From NCBI GenBank assembly GCA_002633005.1, contig NMRA01000072.1:206952-270951 (forward strand): a stretch of DNA of 64,000 nucleotides, given 5' to 3'. The translations under genes and the position numbers were made by a program. Source of the stretch: Phoronis australis. Its lineage: Eukaryota > Animalia > Phoronida. Of the stretch, positions 60,101-64,000 are shown piece by piece. The notes beneath the pieces were generated by a model. That model did no database searches and had not been told where the DNA came from. It saw nothing but the letters and a program-made list of their open reading frames with translations. Every line of letters begins with the position of its first letter. The first letter of the stretch is position 1.

Positions 60101-63100
60101 ATGCGTCCCTCTAGTTCTGATAGGGCTCTAAAAAGAGTTTCTTGGGACGACGATGTGAACTGTCTGGGAAAAATATGCAGCCAGTGCGAAACAAAATGTC
60201 AGCTTATTTTGAGTATACTGGTACTTTTAAATTCTATAACAGTAATACCTATTACACCCAAGTGGGTTATTCATAAAATAAGTAAATCTCGAAAGTTGCT
60301 GAAACATATGACTGGGATTAAAATAATAAAATATTTTTGAAATCTCAGCATACTTCGTGACATTGAAAAATGACCATGCATTGTTTCAGAAAACAGTCGT
60401 TTAAAATTGTCGAGCTTCATCAAACTGTTGTATCGTTTATTCAACAACTAACAAGCATCGAGTCTACAAATGAATATGATTTGAAATGCTGCACGACACA
60501 AAGGCGAAATATATCAAATTGCTTAAAAAAGCATTTCCAGTAGGCCTAAGGAAAGTGTCGCATCCCTTGGAAATGTTTTGTTACTCAATGCGTGAAATAC
60601 TATGGTTGATAAAGATCTTAATAGATGTGATAACAATAAAGATTAAATCATTTGTTATCAGATTGTACTATGCAGACGGTAACCACCTCACAGTGTGTGG
60701 TGACGTCACAAATACTTCTTCCATTTTGTACAGGTAAAACCAACAAAGTAGCAATCGCTTTCATTTCCCACCCCATGTTTTTCTTAGTTAAAAATTTTCC
60801 AAAAAGTAAGCTTAATTCGCAACTACTTATAAGGAATGTCTTTGCATTGTAAGCCCATACCCCAGTTTTGAATTTGAAAATGTGTTTAAACATTATCCAC
60901 GTTTATTTAATTTGCAGGTGTTTTATTTAAACACTGTATAGGCCATGGGTGACAACGGTTTATGGAACAGCATAGCATTTCAAAATGGCGGTTATAAGTA
61001 AATGTTACCTGTATTGGATTATAAACGTAACTTTTTGCCAGTTCTGAAATAATGGTGGATTATAACTATCAGAAATGGCTAGCAGAGAACGCAGGAAAGA
61101 TAAGACGGTAGGTTGTCCGAATCGTCAGGTTTTTACCTGAAATGGTTTGCAACCTGTAACTAATCATGTATCACGATCTAATGATACAGTCACTGCAGTG
61201 GTTCTCAATGCTGGACTCGGTGGAGTGTGACTTACGTATTGTTGAGAGTCTTCATAAATCATAGGACCGAGTCGCGGCAGTACAGTATAGCTGGGTTAAT
61301 GAAGTAAATTAATATAGAGCGATGCGTGCCGCTCACGAGATTGGAAGGAAATATTATTTTGGAATCCCTTAAGTTGACATTAAAAGACCACCTGTTTGAA
61401 ATTATCAGGTGTGTTAGTGTCATGGTGAGCGAATGGCAAATTGTACCACTGAGGCCTGGGGCCAGTGTTTTGGGCTCTCATTTATATAAACTGCACTAAG
61501 CTCAAAAAGTGTACTTATATTTTTCAAGTGAACTGCTTTAAGAAACAAATACTGTCCGACTTGTTTTGTACATCACTGTGCTACTGATTCATTTTCCAAA
61601 TTGCAATAAACATTTGTCAACAAATGTAGCAAGTGAAACTGCATTATTTACACATTTTTATATTGATATGCCAAGTAAAACACTTTAGATCAATTACAAT
61701 TTATGTGGAGCTATAAACCTGAGTTTCCTCAAAGAAGTAATCATTTGCTTGAGACCACTCAACACTACAAAATATGATACCATGCTTGAGACATAAATTA
61801 TCACATGGCATAGGAAACCAGTTGTAGAGCCGGGTCTCGAGCCTAACAAACAGTCAATTTCCGGAAACCCTGAAATCTTTTCCAATTTGAATATGGAAAG
61901 ATTTATGACCAATTTCATAACAGTAATAGGTCTTAGTAAGAAGTTACTTTTTGTGATGGTTTACAGCGTGTTTATTCCCGGTTTTATATTGTTAACTGTT
62001 CAACTGCAAAAGGCTGCTAAACCCTGTTTTGATGATTTCAACCAATCCTTGTTCTGTCACTTGCTAATGCATCAGTGGAGTCAATCTTAAACGACGAAGC
62101 AGGAATTGACTAAAAACTCATACTCCCTATGTCACAGATTGGATATTGTGGTTTTTGGTAGGTCCTCTTTCGCCACAGTTGCTATGTAATTCACTAAAAA
62201 CCGTAGGTCAAGCTTGCCTGTTTAGCAGAGGTTGTAAGGAGTTTTCAAATATTCCTCCAAGCTTTTATGGGTTGTCAGGATTACAGAGCATTACTTTATA
62301 CCAGAAATGGAAAGGTCGTTTTTGATACCTGTTAATAGGCCAAAACCCAGTTCAGTATCCTTTTAAATGAAAGTGTCATCAAGGGAATGCAGATTCTCCG
62401 AAGGTCAAAGTTAAAGGATGCAGTTTTGCTGGGCATGAGAAATCCATCCAGTAGTTAAATTACATTGTACCTCTGTAACTCAAATATTGTACCTGTGTAT
62501 GTTATACAGTTGTGATGGTCCTCATACAATTTGATCAGCAAACAAAATGTTGAAAGCTACCAATTTCAAAGTACTGTTGTTGTTACGTTTGAAAATAGAT
62601 AGTGGCAATGTCAAGTTTTGAAATTTTTATAGCAAAAACTGTGAATCATAGGAGACTGAGACGAAGTTATACCATTTTTGTCTGGGTCAATGCCCAGAAC
62701 ATATACTGAGAAATCGGTAGGTGAGCATTAGTTCTATAGCTGAAGGTGAGTTGTTTACAATTACAAAATATTTGAAGAATCTGGGTTGCATATTTATGGA
62801 AGGACCAGTCAAAACATCACTGAAGATAGACAATGTACTGTTTGATGACAATATATAGGATGTTAGTCATGAATTCCCCCATCCTGAAATCTTCTTGTTT
62901 TGCAGAGGTAGAAAAGTACATTGTGTGATTGACCTAGTTTTCAAATTGTAGGGTTGCCAACACACTTACAATCCTACTCAAGAAAAAGTGTATTGTAGCT
63001 CATGTGACAGCAAAACTTTAATCCCATCTGAATGACAAATGGCAAACCAATTTTAGTGCTGAACACTGATTAGCACATAGCAGTGTGCAACTGAGGGCAA

Positions 63101-63418
63101 GTGCCCCACAGAAGCACAGTATTGTGAATAAATACTACACAATCACAGATACAGGGAACGCTGCATTATTCCAGGAATTGGGAGTTCTAAAGGTTGTGCT
63201 CTTCAAACTAAAAGTCCTTGTTAAATGGGGGGTGAGCAGTTGACCGAACGTAGACCTAAGCTTCCGCACTCGTTGCTTTGGACAGACAGCAAGCACAATA
63301 CACACTGGCGATACTGTTTCATGGAAAAAGTTACTTAAAAAACTAAAATGGGATGATGAGTTGATAGGTGATTTACTAGAATTCGTTTATTGTCCGCTCG
63401 GTTGCTTGTCACTACTAC

Positions 63419-63808
63419 ATTCACAAAGTAATTATAATACTAGCGTTTTAGCAGGCATTTTTGCTAGTACGTAGCAAAAACACAGTCGTGTGAATGGTTA
63501 CAAATGTCTTTTTGCCAGTTGTTTGAATTGCCCCAAAACTACTGGCGATTTTGCTACCACTTTTGTACCCAGAGTGCTTACTTCAAAGGACACTCATGTA
63601 CAGGGGTAAGAGGCCTTTGTTAATCATTGCATTAATCAATTCGTGACAGACAGTGACTGTAAAAGCATTTCCAGTGGTGAGGAAACAAACTGTTGGGGAA
63701 AATGACCTATTCGCTGACTGTTCTCTGTCTGGCATTTTTGCTAGCAGTGAAGCTGGCATTTTTTACTAGTAGTGAAATTGCTAGTGTTTTCCACACTCAT
63801 GTGAACTT
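63419..63808. repeat. Degenerate repeat with recurring (ct)ggcatttttgctag motif, probably MITE remnants
   Basis: Motif recurs at ~63454, ~63543, ~63729 and ~63753, with gtgtgaa/atgtgaa ends. Confidence 0.4.
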
Positions 63809-64000
63809 AATGTGGTTGGAGAGGCTTCCTTATCAGCTGTCAAATGGAGGGCTCTTGATTCCTCTTTATTACCTGCTGTGTTTATATACATGGTGGTAAA
63901 ACAGTGGGTTGTCTCCCTAATTACTACTTCCAAGTTATATGGCTTCAGCCTGATCAACAAAACTGGACTATGTGGACTAGGGTTGTTGGATTGGCTTAGT

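Overview
AT-rich, intron-rich animal genomic DNA, probably an invertebrate (inference). The six-frame ORF track is mostly spurious, so genes were rebuilt exon by exon from GT-AG sites and splice phase. Five spliced genes are supported. (1) MRPL18/uL18m on the minus strand; its last exon is duplicated across a 1-nt N join. (2) NLE1/Notchless on the plus strand, 12 coding exons, 476 aa, head-to-head with MRPL18. (3) A 3-exon, 131-aa minus-strand gene with an N-terminal signal anchor plus Inhibitor-3-like PP1-docking motifs (RVTF-EDTVDNE...CCILK); this is the most novel item. (4) A 4-exon, 571-aa minus-strand uncharacterised gene. (5) PNLDC1/pre-piRNA Trimmer on the minus strand, 20 exons, 545 aa, with intact DEDDh residues and a C-terminal TM. 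The window also holds a truncated Penelope-like retroelement (GIY-YIG remnant) with inverted repeats carrying hammerhead ribozyme cores, two further solo hammerhead motifs, a tRNA-derived SINE family, several MITEs, and minisatellites that duplicate splice donors. No gene could be supported in 33-39 kb or 57.3-64 kb.
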